Source of the DNA: Candidatus Peribacteraceae bacterium
GTDB taxonomy: Bacteria > Patescibacteriota > Gracilibacteria > Peribacterales > Peribacteraceae
Direction: 5' to 3'
DNA: 64,000 nucleotides
NCBI GenBank assembly: GCA_028703445.1
Contig: JAQVMW010000005.1
Span: 21,666 to 85,665 of the forward strand
Numbering within the stretch: position 1 is the stretch's first letter; every line of letters begins with the position of its first letter. Shown here in pieces: positions 17,552 to 27,696 of this stretch. A model generated the notes under the pieces. It was given only the letters and a program-made list of their open reading frames with translations. It was not told the DNA's origin and made no database searches. The translations under genes were made by a program, and so were the position numbers.

Positions 17552-18567
17552 GACTGTATTTTACCAGATTCGCTCAATTCTGGGAATAGCGCGCTCCTGA
17601 GCTGTCGCTCGCCTTCACTGACCAATGCCAAAGCAGCTGCGAAGGGCATCTTGGAAACCGAAGAAAGCTTGTCACCCTCCCCTTGGGAGACCACTTCAAA
17701 CGGAACCTCGAGCGCCAAAGCTGCCAACGCCCCGTGATAACGCTGCGAGAGAACGAACCCCGCCCGACTCACCTGAGCGGCCAGATCCGCAATGAATCGG
17801 ATCGGCACGATGGCCGAATCGGAAACGGAAAGCACGTGCGCGATGGAGCGGCAGACCTCCTGCTCCTGAGCATCCTCCGGCTGGAGTGAAAGGATGCACG
17901 CCTCATTCCATGTACCGCTCTTCATGAGTTGGCCAGCCCGCTCAGTGAACGAAAATCTCGAATTTTTCCGTGGGATAATCACGAGCAATTTTTGTGAACT
18001 GCCATCTCTCTTCTGCGCTGTAAATAGGGAAAAGACAGGGTCAGCAGTTTGAATAATATTTGTATTCTTCTTCCACAGTTTCACGCGGTCGAACGAAGCT
18101 TGGTCCCGCACGCTCACGAAGGCCGCATGAGCCACCGCGAAGCGCGCGCACCACTCCCCTGCCCCGCGGAGCGCAAAGCGCGAAGTGGGGCCCACTCCCC
18201 CCTTGAACGGGCCGATCCCCTGAAAGGCGAGAAGGTAAGGCTTTCGAAGAAGCCTGCAGACGAATGCATGCCACCACCAGAGCAACGGGGCACGCAGGGA
18301 CTCGATATCCGTGAAGAGTGTCCCTCCGCCGAAGACGAGGCCATCACTCTTCCAAAGCGCCGCAAGCGTCCTCCACCAGCGAGTCAGAAAGAATGACCTG
18401 ATCCCCGCCGGCAGCCGGGGCAGTTCCCCTTCTCTGGGATGCGCGGAGAGGACTAAGAAGTTCGCTTCGGGAAAAGCAGAGAGAAAGTACTCCCGCAGCG
18501 CTTCGTCCCCGAAATTGCCTACGCCGTAGTTCCCGACAAGCACATACTGCACTGTCACACTATACAT
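17548..18567 (-). CDS. polysaccharide pyruvyl transferase family protein (CsaB-like)
   Basis: VGNYGVGNFGDEALREYF N-terminus and the VFGGGTLFTD motif typical of PS_pyruv_trans/CsaB. Confidence 0.7.
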   Translation of the reverse strand: MYSVTVQYVLVGNYGVGNFGDEALREYFLSAFPEANFLVLSAHPREGELPRLPAGIRSFFLTRWWRTLAALWKSDGLVFGGGTLFTDIESLRAPLLWWWHAFVCRLLRKPYLLAFQGIGPFKGGVGPTSRFALRGAGEWCARFAVAHAAFVSVRDQASFDRVKLWKKNTNIIQTADPVFSLFTAQKRDGSSQKLLVIIPRKNSRFSFTERAGQLMKSGTWNEACILSLQPEDAQEQEVCRSIAHVLSVSDSAIVPIRFIADLAAQVSRAGFVLSQRYHGALAALALEVPFEVVSQGEGDKLSSVSKMPFAAALALVSEGERQLRSALFPELSESGKIQS

Positions 18568-18603
18568 TCCCTACGCCCTACTCCCTACTCCTACGCCCTA
18601 CTC
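18568..18603. repeat. CCCTAC-type run
   Basis: ttccctacgccctactccctactcctacgccctactc. It overlaps the rplS stop codon. Confidence 0.8.
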
Positions 18604-19047
18604 TTTCTTTTCCTCCTTGGCCTCAGTCTCTGCAGGAGCCTCCTGCACTTGCTCGGGCGCGGCAACGGCAACATCAAATTCCCCACCTGTCGTGAAGCGC
18701 TCGCTCAAGCGTGCGGACTTGCCGAGGCGACCGCGCAAGAAGTTCAATTTGGCACGGCGAACCGCGGCGACCTTCTTCACCTCGATCTTCTTGATGACGG
18801 CCGACGAGAGCGGGAAATTCTTCTCCACCCCCACTCCCGAAGCGACGCGGCGAACCGTGATGGTGCGATCCGTGGGCACGTGCCCGTTGTGCACGCCGAT
18901 CACGAGCCCCTCGAAGATCTGGATGCGCGCCTTGCCGCCCTCCTCGTCCTGGATCTGCTCGTGCACGCGCACGGTGTACCCGGGTTTGATCTCGGGGTGA
19001 TTGGGAATGAAGCGTTCTGCCTGTTCGCGGAGAATTTGGTGAACCAT
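18598..19047 (-). CDS. rplS: 50S ribosomal protein L19
   Basis: KPGYTVRVHEQI...IQIFEGLVIG...ITVRRVASGVGVEKNFPL is a canonical L19 core, with an acidic/Lys-rich C-terminal tail. Confidence 0.95.
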   Translation of the reverse strand: MVHQILREQAERFIPNHPEIKPGYTVRVHEQIQDEEGGKARIQIFEGLVIGVHNGHVPTDRTITVRRVASGVGVEKNFPLSSAVIKKIEVKKVAAVRRAKLNFLRGRLGKSARLSERFTTGGEFDVAVAAPEQVQEAPAETEAKEEKKE

Positions 19048-19103
19048 AACGAAAGTGGCAAAAGGCTACAGAGGGGACCATGCAAAGTAAAGCAAAATCT
19101 CGC

Positions 19104-19146
19104 ATTCCCTACACCCTACCCCCTACGCCCTATCCCTATTTTTTTA
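19104..19146. repeat. CCCTAC-type run (G4 motif on minus strand)
   Basis: attccctacaccctaccccctacgccctatccctattttttt. Same orientation as 18568-18603, on the other side of rplS. Confidence 0.8.
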
Positions 19147-19729
19147 GCGCCTCCTCAATCTGCTTCTGCAGGGCATTGGTGATCAAAAGATGCCGGGGAT
19201 CACTGAGGATCTCCGTGACGAAACGATCCTTCAAGCTCAGGCGATACAAGAAATCCCCCTCGGAGAAGATGGAGTATTTCACATTCTTGAGACTGGGATC
19301 CTGCAGCAGGAGCGCCTCGAGCATTTCTTTCTTCAAGTCCCCGACGATGAACAGATCCACCTTGCTCTCTGACCCTACGAAGGTGCCGGCGAGCAGAATG
19401 AGCTTGATGCCCGAGAGCTTCTTCAAACTCGCCACGATGGGGCTCTCGGCCTGGATCTCTTTGGTGAAGATGCCCTGAAGCTCGTGGAAAAGCGGGAAAT
19501 CGGGATCGATATGATAGTACTTCTTGCGATTGCGGTGGCGCGCGCGCACCAGCCCGATGCGACGCAGATTCTCAAGCTCCCGCCTAATACTATTGATCTG
19601 CTCATGGAGAAGACGCGTCAGCTCGCGAATGAAATACTCCTCCTCGGGATGGAGGAGGAATGTCGAGAGGAGCTTCACGCGCGTCTGCGAACTGAACAGT
19701 GCTTTGAGGATGACGGACGACACGAGCAC
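19136..19729 (-). CDS. winged-helix (ArsR-like) transcriptional regulator family protein
   Basis: N-terminal SQTRVKLLSTFLLHPEEEYFIRELTRLLHEQINSIRRELENLRRIGLV is wHTH-like. GTG start. Confidence 0.6.
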   Translation of the reverse strand: MLVSSVILKALFSSQTRVKLLSTFLLHPEEEYFIRELTRLLHEQINSIRRELENLRRIGLVRARHRNRKKYYHIDPDFPLFHELQGIFTKEIQAESPIVASLKKLSGIKLILLAGTFVGSESKVDLFIVGDLKKEMLEALLLQDPSLKNVKYSIFSEGDFLYRLSLKDRFVTEILSDPRHLLITNALQKQIEEALKK

Positions 19730-19987
19730 AAACAGTACTCATGAGTACATGGATAGTGCAAGAAAAGTGATCAGACAATTGATCTACGATTTTGTTCAAA
19801 ACATTGGCTTATTCAAGCCTAAACATACAAATACTGCCATAAATGCCTTCATGACATGAACACTAATTATACTCAACTGTGAGGACATATTGTGTTCTAA
19901 GTATACTTTTCATCACGTTTCCCATTCTCTCCCAATGGAAGCATGGCCAATTGAGTATAGAGGCAAAAAGTGATAGAATGCTTAGAA

Positions 19988-21814
19988 ATGCCTACAAAAA
20001 GAAAAATCCTCTTCGGAGCCCTCTCACTCCTGCTCCTCGTATGGATCACGAAAACAGAAGGTATGGGGGCTCTTGCCCTTGTGGAACCAGCGCGGGCCGC
20101 AGGAGATGCATTGGATCCGTTTTTCAAAGGTGTGAACCAATTTGCCAGTTGGGTTGCGATTCTGGCCCATTTCTTTATTTATCTGCTTTCAGCTGTGTGC
20201 GGGATGCTCCTGGATCCCAACTTCATCAGCCTGAAAACCGATGGCCAATCGATGGGAAGTGCCCTTCTGAAGATCTGGCAGATTTCACGCAATATCACCA
20301 ACATCCTGCTCTCATTCCTGCTCATCATCGGGGCAATCATGACCGTGGTCTTTGCGGAGGGCGGGTACGTGCAGAAGTACGCCGTGAAGTTCGTCCTTGC
20401 AGTGATCCTCGTCAATTTCTCGTGGTTTTTTCCGCGCGTCGTACTGGATCTCTCGAATATTCTCACGGCAACGATTTATTCGCTTCCGAGTGCCATCAAC
20501 GTTCCGTGTGTGACATATGACACAAATAACAACAAAACAAATTGCAAAGTGATTGTGGATTTTATGTTCTTTGCACAAAATGTCGATAAAACTGTCTGGA
20601 AATGCCCGATTGATTTCGACAAAAAAGAATCACCGGTCTGCATTAAAGAAGCTGACTTGGATACGCAAGCCAATACACCGAATGCAATTTTTGGAGGGCT
20701 TGTGTATAACCACACCCGATTTAAATACTTCACCAAAGTCCAACCGCCCGGTGGTGGAAATCCACTCGCAGGTCCAAATACCGCGGCACGCCTGCCACAG
20801 CTGCTCATGTTTACGCTGCTGATGTGCGTCATGCTGTTCTTCAGCATCGCTCTTCTTTTCCCGCTGCTCGCCTTAACCCTCGTCCTGCTCATCCGCATCC
20901 CCGTCATTTGGATCACCGTCGCTTTCATGCCCTTTATGTTCATCGGCTTCGTGGCAGGTGATTCGTCCGCACTGAAGGTCTTCAACCCCATGGAGATCTG
21001 GAACAAGTTCCTGCACGCGGCATTCATTCCCGTCGTGACGGCGATCCCCTTCTCCATCGGCTTCATCATGGTCAACGTAGGACTGGCAAATCAACCGGCA
21101 GGCTGGGACATTACGAACCATCCGTTCATGCGAAAAATGGGTATCTCCATGCTACCAGGAGTCAACAATCTCTGGCAGATCCTGTGGGTGGGCATGTCGA
21201 TCGCCATCGTGTGGATGGGAGCGAAGGCCGCGTTCAAGACGGATGCCCTCTTCGAAAAATTCGCCTCCCCCATCATGAACGCCGGCGGCTCCATCGGTAA
21301 ACTGATGATGAAGCTGCCGCTCCTTCTGCCATTGCCACTGCCGGGGGCACAAGGCCCATGGGCCAATCTGAACATGGGACAGGCGCTGAACATCGCGAAG
21401 GCACCTGACCAATTGCTCGCACCCAAATTCTACCTTCCGCCGCTAGTAGGCGGTGCGGGTGCCGCTGGCGGCGGTGCTGGAGCCAACACACAAGTAACCC
21501 AGCAGCTTGAAAATAGTATTAAACAAGGAAATCAAGCTTCTCTGCAACAGCTCCAGAGACTCAATATCGCACTGGATAAACTCACTGCTGCCGCAAATGA
21601 CACTCAGCGAAAGTCCGCATCGGATGACGTGCGGAGTGAGATGAGTACCGCCACAGGGCGCGATCTTTCGAAGATGTCTGCAACCGACGTAGCGAACGTA
21701 CTCAAGGATCTCCAACCGAAAATTCAAGGAACGGTGACATTCCCCGATGGATCAAAGTCCAGTTTGAGATTCAATAATGCACATGCGAAGCAACTGCGTG
21801 ATACCACTCCATGA
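19988..21814 (+). CDS. polytopic membrane protein (about 9 TM, Cys-containing loop, coiled-coil tail); possibly VirB6/TrbL-like
   Basis: Signal/anchor MPTKRKILFGALSLLLLVWI and many hydrophobic helices. The family assignment is speculative. Confidence 0.7.
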   Translation: MPTKRKILFGALSLLLLVWITKTEGMGALALVEPARAAGDALDPFFKGVNQFASWVAILAHFFIYLLSAVCGMLLDPNFISLKTDGQSMGSALLKIWQISRNITNILLSFLLIIGAIMTVVFAEGGYVQKYAVKFVLAVILVNFSWFFPRVVLDLSNILTATIYSLPSAINVPCVTYDTNNNKTNCKVIVDFMFFAQNVDKTVWKCPIDFDKKESPVCIKEADLDTQANTPNAIFGGLVYNHTRFKYFTKVQPPGGGNPLAGPNTAARLPQLLMFTLLMCVMLFFSIALLFPLLALTLVLLIRIPVIWITVAFMPFMFIGFVAGDSSALKVFNPMEIWNKFLHAAFIPVVTAIPFSIGFIMVNVGLANQPAGWDITNHPFMRKMGISMLPGVNNLWQILWVGMSIAIVWMGAKAAFKTDALFEKFASPIMNAGGSIGKLMMKLPLLLPLPLPGAQGPWANLNMGQALNIAKAPDQLLAPKFYLPPLVGGAGAAGGGAGANTQVTQQLENSIKQGNQASLQQLQRLNIALDKLTAAANDTQRKSASDDVRSEMSTATGRDLSKMSATDVANVLKDLQPKIQGTVTFPDGSKSSLRFNNAHAKQLRDTTP

Positions 21815-23145
21815 GTCCACTACCTGAATCACCGGCAGCCCCCGAGCAACAGGAACGGATCTCTGAATCCGAAGTACGTCAGGCGCTCCGGCGCAATGCT
21901 GCGGAGAGCCGCCCAAAAAATCCACGCGATGCGGAACGGCAGGATGTGACAAACCAAAGCGACTTCGGTCTGCTGGCCATGGCCACCGAAATGCTGCCGC
22001 GCGACGGAAAAATGCTGCAAAAGGAATTGGAGAAGGACAAAAAAAAGAGTGAAGCTCCTCACTTGATCGAAGCCCAAAAGAAGGCGCAGGCCGTCATCGG
22101 CGCATACATGCAGGGGCTGAAACAGGATCTGAAGGCGGGATTCACGGAGGAGGACTTCCGTCTGCCCTCCCGCGCCTACGGCAAGGGTATCCAACGCAGG
22201 ATCGAAGAGATGTTCGACCAGGCACAGCGCGAGGGGCTCGTAACGGTCTACAACGGGCGCGTGTCGAACCGCGTGGGGTACGTTGCCGCGTGGATCGATG
22301 AACTCGATACGATGCTCGAGGGTCCCAAGGATCCCACGACGGGAAAACGGAAAGGCGGGGACATCCTCACGCCGCAACAGAAACAGGCGATCACTCGCAT
22401 CAAACAGTTCTTTCAGGAAGTGCTGAATGGCGATCCGGTCTTGGCACAGGCCCAAAAAAGAATGGAGAGCAAAAAGCGCCCGGAATCCGATGCCGTGCGC
22501 CGCGGCAAGGGGGCATTGAAGATGCTGGGCGTGCTCGCGATGGCGGGCATGGCGCTCATCTCCGGTCTTATTGACCTCAAAAATATCATGGATCCCAAGA
22601 ATCCAAACAAACTTCCCACGCTCTATACTGTCGCATGGCTCGGGCTTACCGGATGGGCTGCAGGATTCTTTAAGGGGCAAGCCGAAACCGTGCGCAGCCA
22701 ATTGGCGTTCGTGCCGACCAAGGAGTGGGAGAACCTTTGCCAGAAGCTCGCCGTCAAGGGTCAGGAGGGCGTAAATTTCATCGACTTCATTCAGAAAGCC
22801 CACAAGGGAAAAAATGGGAAGAAGGCGCTGGATCTCCTTAAGAAAGGACGTGACCAACGAAAGATGAATCCCAAGGAATTGATTCCGCTCCTCGTCGGCG
22901 AAAACCCGCAGGGACCGGATGCGCAGATGGAAGCGAAACTGAAGTCGCTCTCCCCTCAAGAACTCTACGCGCTCTGCCTGCACCTGACCTCCGTGACGGA
23001 CCGCGAGGCGAATGCGCTCATCCGTGACTTCACCCGGCACGACGTGAACAGCCAGACCGTCTCGCCGGATCTCAGGCAGCTTGCGCGCCCTCCTTCCGCT
23101 TCAACTCTTTCAGGAACACCTCAAGCAAATCCCCCTCAAGGATAG
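21811..23145 (+). CDS. hypothetical membrane protein (444 aa)
   Basis: ATGA overlap with the upstream gene. TM hairpin MLGVLAMAGMALISGLIDL / LYTVAWLGLTGWAAGFF. The 3' end overlaps the infB 3' end by 74 nt. Confidence 0.6.
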   Translation: MSPLPESPAAPEQQERISESEVRQALRRNAAESRPKNPRDAERQDVTNQSDFGLLAMATEMLPRDGKMLQKELEKDKKKSEAPHLIEAQKKAQAVIGAYMQGLKQDLKAGFTEEDFRLPSRAYGKGIQRRIEEMFDQAQREGLVTVYNGRVSNRVGYVAAWIDELDTMLEGPKDPTTGKRKGGDILTPQQKQAITRIKQFFQEVLNGDPVLAQAQKRMESKKRPESDAVRRGKGALKMLGVLAMAGMALISGLIDLKNIMDPKNPNKLPTLYTVAWLGLTGWAAGFFKGQAETVRSQLAFVPTKEWENLCQKLAVKGQEGVNFIDFIQKAHKGKNGKKALDLLKKGRDQRKMNPKELIPLLVGENPQGPDAQMEAKLKSLSPQELYALCLHLTSVTDREANALIRDFTRHDVNSQTVSPDLRQLARPPSASTLSGTPQANPPQG

Positions 23146-25342
23146 GACACGTCGATTCGATGCGCATCCCGCATTCGGTTCCCTCCTTGGCTTCTTTGAT
23201 ATCGCTGTCCCCTTTGCGCAGCGACAGGATGCGACCGGTGCCCGTCTGCTCTCCTCCACGTTGAATGCGAAAAGGCAGGCGCTTGAAAACGCCGTCCGTC
23301 ACGCGTCCGCCCACGATCTGCTCGTTCTTCTTCGTGAGGAAGACCTGAAGCACCTGCAGATGACCGACGATCTTTTCGGTGTCGACCGGCTCCACGAGAC
23401 CTTTCAGCAAACCTTCGATATCGTCGAGCAGAGCGTAGATCACCTCGTACTCGCGCACGCTCACTCCTTCATGATCGGCAATGGAACGCGCCCCGTTCGG
23501 TACCGGAACGTGGAACGCGACCACGATCCCCTCGCTGGCCGCAGCCATCGAGACATCGCTGTCCGTCACGGCTCCGACGGAGGCGTGGATGATCTTCACG
23601 GTGACCGTCTCGGTCGTGAGCTTGGCGAGTGCCTCCTTCAGCGCTTCGAGCGACCCCTGGGCGTCCGCTTTGAGCACGATTTTGAGCTGCGTGAGCTTTC
23701 CTTCCGAGAGCCTGCTCACGAGGTCCACGAACCGCTGCGTCTGTTTCAAGTTGCGCCGCTCTTCCACTTGAGCCAGAAGGTCGCGTGCCAGCTTCTCGGA
23801 AGAAACAACCTGCAAGATGTCACCCACCTCGGGCACGGAGTGAAACCCGGCCACCTGCACCGCACCCGAGGGGCCCACCTCCTCAAACCTCTTGCCGTGG
23901 GCATCGGACATGGTACGCACTTTGCCGAGCGTGCGTCCGCACACGAAGCTCTCGCCATGATGGAGGGTTCCGGTATTCACGATGATCGTCGCCAGAGGGC
24001 CTAAGGAGGGATCGAGTTTGCTCTCGATCACCGTGGCCACGGCGGAGCGCTTGGGATTGGCCTTGAAAGCGTGCATCTCCGAAAGGAGCACGATCGAATC
24101 CAGAAGATCCGTAATGCCCAGCTTGGTCTTGGCGGAGCACTGGACGAACGGCACCTGCCCGCCCCACTCCTCGGACTGGACCCCCTGCGCCGCCATCTCG
24201 CCCATCACGCGGTTCACGTCGGCTCCCTCCTTATCCATCTTGTTGAGCGCCACAAGAATCGGGACCCCCGCTTCCTTGGCATGGTCGATCGCTTCGATGG
24301 TCGTGGGCTTCACGCCCTCGTCCGCCGCCACCACGATCACCGCGATATCGGTGACCTTCGCTCCGCGCGCGCGCATGGCCGTGAAGGCCTCGTGACCGGG
24401 GGTGTCGAGGAAGGTGATCTTGTGGACATCGTTGGACCCCGCCGGGGTATGTTCCACCTGGTACGCACCGATGTGCTGCGTGATGCCGCCCGCTTCGCCG
24501 CCCGCCACATTGGTCTCGCGGATGGCATCGAGAATGGAGGTCTTGCCGTGATCGACGTGCCCCATCACCACCACCACGGGAGGACGCTTGATCAGATTCT
24601 CCGGCTCATCCTTCAAAAGCTCCTCCAAGTTGCGGCTGAAGAGATCCTCCGCGGATGCTGATTCCTGCAGTTTTTCAACCGTGACGCCGAGCTCTGTCGA
24701 AACGACGGCAGCCGTATCGTAATCGATGGACTGCGTGATCGTGGCGAGCACGCCGTTCTTCATGAGCGTCTGCACCAGCATGGGCACCTGGATGCCGGTC
24801 TTCTCGGCCAGCTCCTTCACGGTGATATGTGCCGGAAGGAAGACGACGCCCTCCTTCTTCTTGATCTGCTCCTGATGGGAGGAAGCAATGTCGCGCTTCT
24901 CGAACGTAGAACGCTTGCGCTTGTCGAAGGACCGACGCTTATGCGCCGCAGGCCTGCGCTGCTGGAGTGCATTCGTCTCGCGGGCAATCGCCTCGCGCGA
25001 GACATCGTCAAGCGTGAGCTTGCGCAGGACATTCACGCTCTTGTTCGCACCGTCCTGTTCCGAGTGACCGACCTCCGACGAAGACGTTTCCGCAACGGAA
25101 GGAACCGCGGACGCTTCCGGAGTTTTCTTCTGCACATCCTCATCGCCCATCGACATGCCCTGCAGTGCCGAAAGATCCACCTCTTTGCCATGTTTGCGCG
25201 CGATGAAGCGGATAATGCCTTGCGCGAGGGTATCCGACACCTCACGGTCGGTCGGCTTGACGCCGAAATTCACCTGCTCCAGTTCATGGCGCAGTTGCTG
25301 ACCGGTCATACCCAATGCCTTTGCAACCTGTACAAGTCGCAT
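23072..25342 (-). CDS. infB: translation initiation factor IF-2
   Basis: VVVVMGHVDHGKTSILD, DTPGHEAF and NKMD G-motifs. ATG at 25342 (MRLVQVAKALGMTGQQL). Confidence 0.95.
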   Translation of the reverse strand: MRLVQVAKALGMTGQQLRHELEQVNFGVKPTDREVSDTLAQGIIRFIARKHGKEVDLSALQGMSMGDEDVQKKTPEASAVPSVAETSSSEVGHSEQDGANKSVNVLRKLTLDDVSREAIARETNALQQRRPAAHKRRSFDKRKRSTFEKRDIASSHQEQIKKKEGVVFLPAHITVKELAEKTGIQVPMLVQTLMKNGVLATITQSIDYDTAAVVSTELGVTVEKLQESASAEDLFSRNLEELLKDEPENLIKRPPVVVVMGHVDHGKTSILDAIRETNVAGGEAGGITQHIGAYQVEHTPAGSNDVHKITFLDTPGHEAFTAMRARGAKVTDIAVIVVAADEGVKPTTIEAIDHAKEAGVPILVALNKMDKEGADVNRVMGEMAAQGVQSEEWGGQVPFVQCSAKTKLGITDLLDSIVLLSEMHAFKANPKRSAVATVIESKLDPSLGPLATIIVNTGTLHHGESFVCGRTLGKVRTMSDAHGKRFEEVGPSGAVQVAGFHSVPEVGDILQVVSSEKLARDLLAQVEERRNLKQTQRFVDLVSRLSEGKLTQLKIVLKADAQGSLEALKEALAKLTTETVTVKIIHASVGAVTDSDVSMAAASEGIVVAFHVPVPNGARSIADHEGVSVREYEVIYALLDDIEGLLKGLVEPVDTEKIVGHLQVLQVFLTKKNEQIVGGRVTDGVFKRLPFRIQRGGEQTGTGRILSLRKGDSDIKEAKEGTECGMRIESTCPILEGDLLEVFLKELKRKEGAQAA

Positions 25343-25520
25343 ACTAATGAGAACACACAACAGATAAACGGCCGAACGACCGGAGTCGTCCGGTCGGGCG
25401 GGGGGTGAGGGTGCGCGAAGAATCCACAATCAAGTTCATGCTTTCGAGCAAGAAATACAAGTAATAGCCGCTTTCAGTGTAGCGCCAGCGCAGAAGAAAG
25501 CGAGAGAAAACTCATTCTCT

Positions 25521-26888
25521 TCACTTCACATCGTTCTCCTCCGTTTCCGGTTTTGCACCCGGGCGCCTCTTCTGTCTCTTCTTGCCGCTCAACTCCTCCA
25601 CAATATCGAACGAGGAGGCTGTCTTTTTCGGTTGCTCGGATGACTCGTTCTTCCCGATCGCGGGCGGCTGCACAGCGACAGGCTGGACCGGTTGCGCGCG
25701 CCCTGAAGCCGGAAGGCGATCAACCTCCTTCTGCTGGCGTGCCATGCCCTCCCGGATCTTCGAAACGGCTTCAATGACCGCGAGCTGGAAATTGGCTGAC
25801 TTCGGGATCCGGAAACCGGACGCACGCGGATGCCCGCCGCCTTTGAAGAGCTGGGCAGCGAGAACATTGGCATCGATGGCCGGCGAGGAGCGCATACTCG
25901 CCTTGATCTCTCCGTCCTCCATCTCCACGAAAATGACGTGCACGTCGGCATCGGGAATCGTGGAGATGAGTTCATCCAGAATGCCCGAGACCTCTTTGCT
26001 CTGCGCGCCCATCTCGGCAAGGTCCTCGCGGCTGACGGCGGACCAGGCGATCTTGGAGCGGTCATCCACCTGAATACGATTGAGTGCCCTGCCCCAGATC
26101 TTGAGCGTCGTGAGAGGTTTGGTCTTGTAGATGTGCTGGATGATCTCCTGCTGGCGCGCTCCGAGGTCCAGGAGCTCGGCAGCCACCTCGAGCGACCTGG
26201 GCGTCGTGTTGGGATTCTGGAAGCTCCGGGTATCGGTGATGAGCCCCGTGAGGAGGAGCGTCGCCAGATCCCCCGTAATCTTCTCGCGCCAACTCGGAAC
26301 GTGCGTGAACCAGTGGTAGAGCACCTCCGTCACGCTGGCCGACGTCGTGTCGATGAGCTGCAGCTGCCCGTACCGCGTGTTGGAAATGTGGTGATCGATG
26401 TTGAGGACCGGTACCTCCGCGAACAGGTCCACGTGCTCCAGGTAGAGGGATCCCAAGAGCGGCAAATCGGCAGTATCCACCACGATGACAAGATCGTAGC
26501 GCTGCTCCCCCTCCCCGAGGGAAATCTGCTGCGGACGGATGCGCCCGTTCTTGGGCACGACGATGATGTTCACGCGGTGATCCTCCACGGTGTAGCGCAA
26601 TTTATCCACCTCCACACCCTCGTCCAGATTCACCGTGATGATGAAATTCTGCGAGTCCGCGAGCCCCTCCGAAAGCCGCTCGAACCCCGGAAGGAACTGG
26701 AGCGATTCGGGAGGCGAATCGGGGCAGACCACCGTGACGTCTTTGCCGAGCGAGCGAAAGAGCTCAAAGCACGACAGCGCCCCCGAGAGGGCATCGGGAT
26801 CCACGTTGGCGTGGCAGACCACGAGGATGCGCTGGTGCTCCTCGATCGCTCTGGTGGCAGCCGACAGCTCTTGTGGGGATAAACTCAT
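25521..26888 (-). CDS. DHH-family phosphoesterase (NrnA-like) with basic C-terminal extension
   Basis: CHANVDPDALSGA, NIDHHISN and GGGHPRASG motifs. Confidence 0.8.
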   Translation of the reverse strand: MSLSPQELSAATRAIEEHQRILVVCHANVDPDALSGALSCFELFRSLGKDVTVVCPDSPPESLQFLPGFERLSEGLADSQNFIITVNLDEGVEVDKLRYTVEDHRVNIIVVPKNGRIRPQQISLGEGEQRYDLVIVVDTADLPLLGSLYLEHVDLFAEVPVLNIDHHISNTRYGQLQLIDTTSASVTEVLYHWFTHVPSWREKITGDLATLLLTGLITDTRSFQNPNTTPRSLEVAAELLDLGARQQEIIQHIYKTKPLTTLKIWGRALNRIQVDDRSKIAWSAVSREDLAEMGAQSKEVSGILDELISTIPDADVHVIFVEMEDGEIKASMRSSPAIDANVLAAQLFKGGGHPRASGFRIPKSANFQLAVIEAVSKIREGMARQQKEVDRLPASGRAQPVQPVAVQPPAIGKNESSEQPKKTASSFDIVEELSGKKRQKRRPGAKPETEENDVK

Positions 26889-27181
26889 GTTAACTTGATA
26901 TTGTAACACAATTTATAGTTTTTATCAACTGCCCCATTCTGCCGTCCCTGTAGACCTGTCATAGGCATAAGGGGCGTATGGAAGCACATTCGGTGATGCG
27001 GATCAACCCATTGGCGTCTTCCACGCGATTTCTGTCCAGACGAAGACAGAAGCTATAAGACATGAGCTGGAAGCAAGAGGAGCAAAATGAAACAGTTATT
27101 GGCGATTAAGGGATTTTTCGATTGGCGATTGGATGATGATCGCTCGCTCTCGCCAGAAGATTTGTCTACACTCCGGTTCAT

Positions 27182-27258
27182 CGGGGCGTAGTTCAGTTGG
27201 CTAGAACGCTTGCATGGGGTGCAAGAGGTCGCAGGTTCAAGTCCTGTCGCCCCGACCA
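27182..27258 (+). tRNA. tRNA-Pro (GGG)
   Basis: cggggcg acceptor stem, anticodon loop atggggt, T-arm gcaggttcaagtcctgt, CCA encoded. Confidence 0.9.
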
Positions 27259-27369
27259 AGGTGAATTCGAGACGAACGCAAGCGTAGACGCAGCGTGAAT
27301 CCGAAGATCCTTGGTCCCGCACCCGAACGCAGTGAGCGGTGCGGGGCATTCTCGTTCATCCGCTCGTCC

Positions 27370-27636
27370 ATGGAAAATCCCGAATCTCAGATCGCCGCCA
27401 TCGTGGAACGAAACAAACGCGTGGAGGCCGATAAGGCGTGGGAGGTGAGCTGGATTCGCAGAATCACGATCGCCGTCCTCACCTACGCCGTCGCCGTTCT
27501 CTTCCTCTGGCTCATCGGGAATGAAGGCTTCTGGCTGAACGCGGCCGTCCCTGCCTTGGGCTACCTGCTCTCCACCCTCTCGCTGCCGTGGGTGAAGCGG
27601 CGGTGGATCCGACGATATTGGACATCAAAACAGTGA
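27370..27636 (+). CDS. small two-TM membrane protein
   Basis: MENPESQIAAIVERNKRVEADKAWEVSWIRR followed by two hydrophobic helices. Confidence 0.55.
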   Translation: MENPESQIAAIVERNKRVEADKAWEVSWIRRITIAVLTYAVAVLFLWLIGNEGFWLNAAVPALGYLLSTLSLPWVKRRWIRRYWTSKQ

Positions 27637-27696
27637 ACAGAAAGACCGGGAAAGGGCAAAAGACCCCCTCCCGGTCATCGTTCTTTGGCATGGTTA

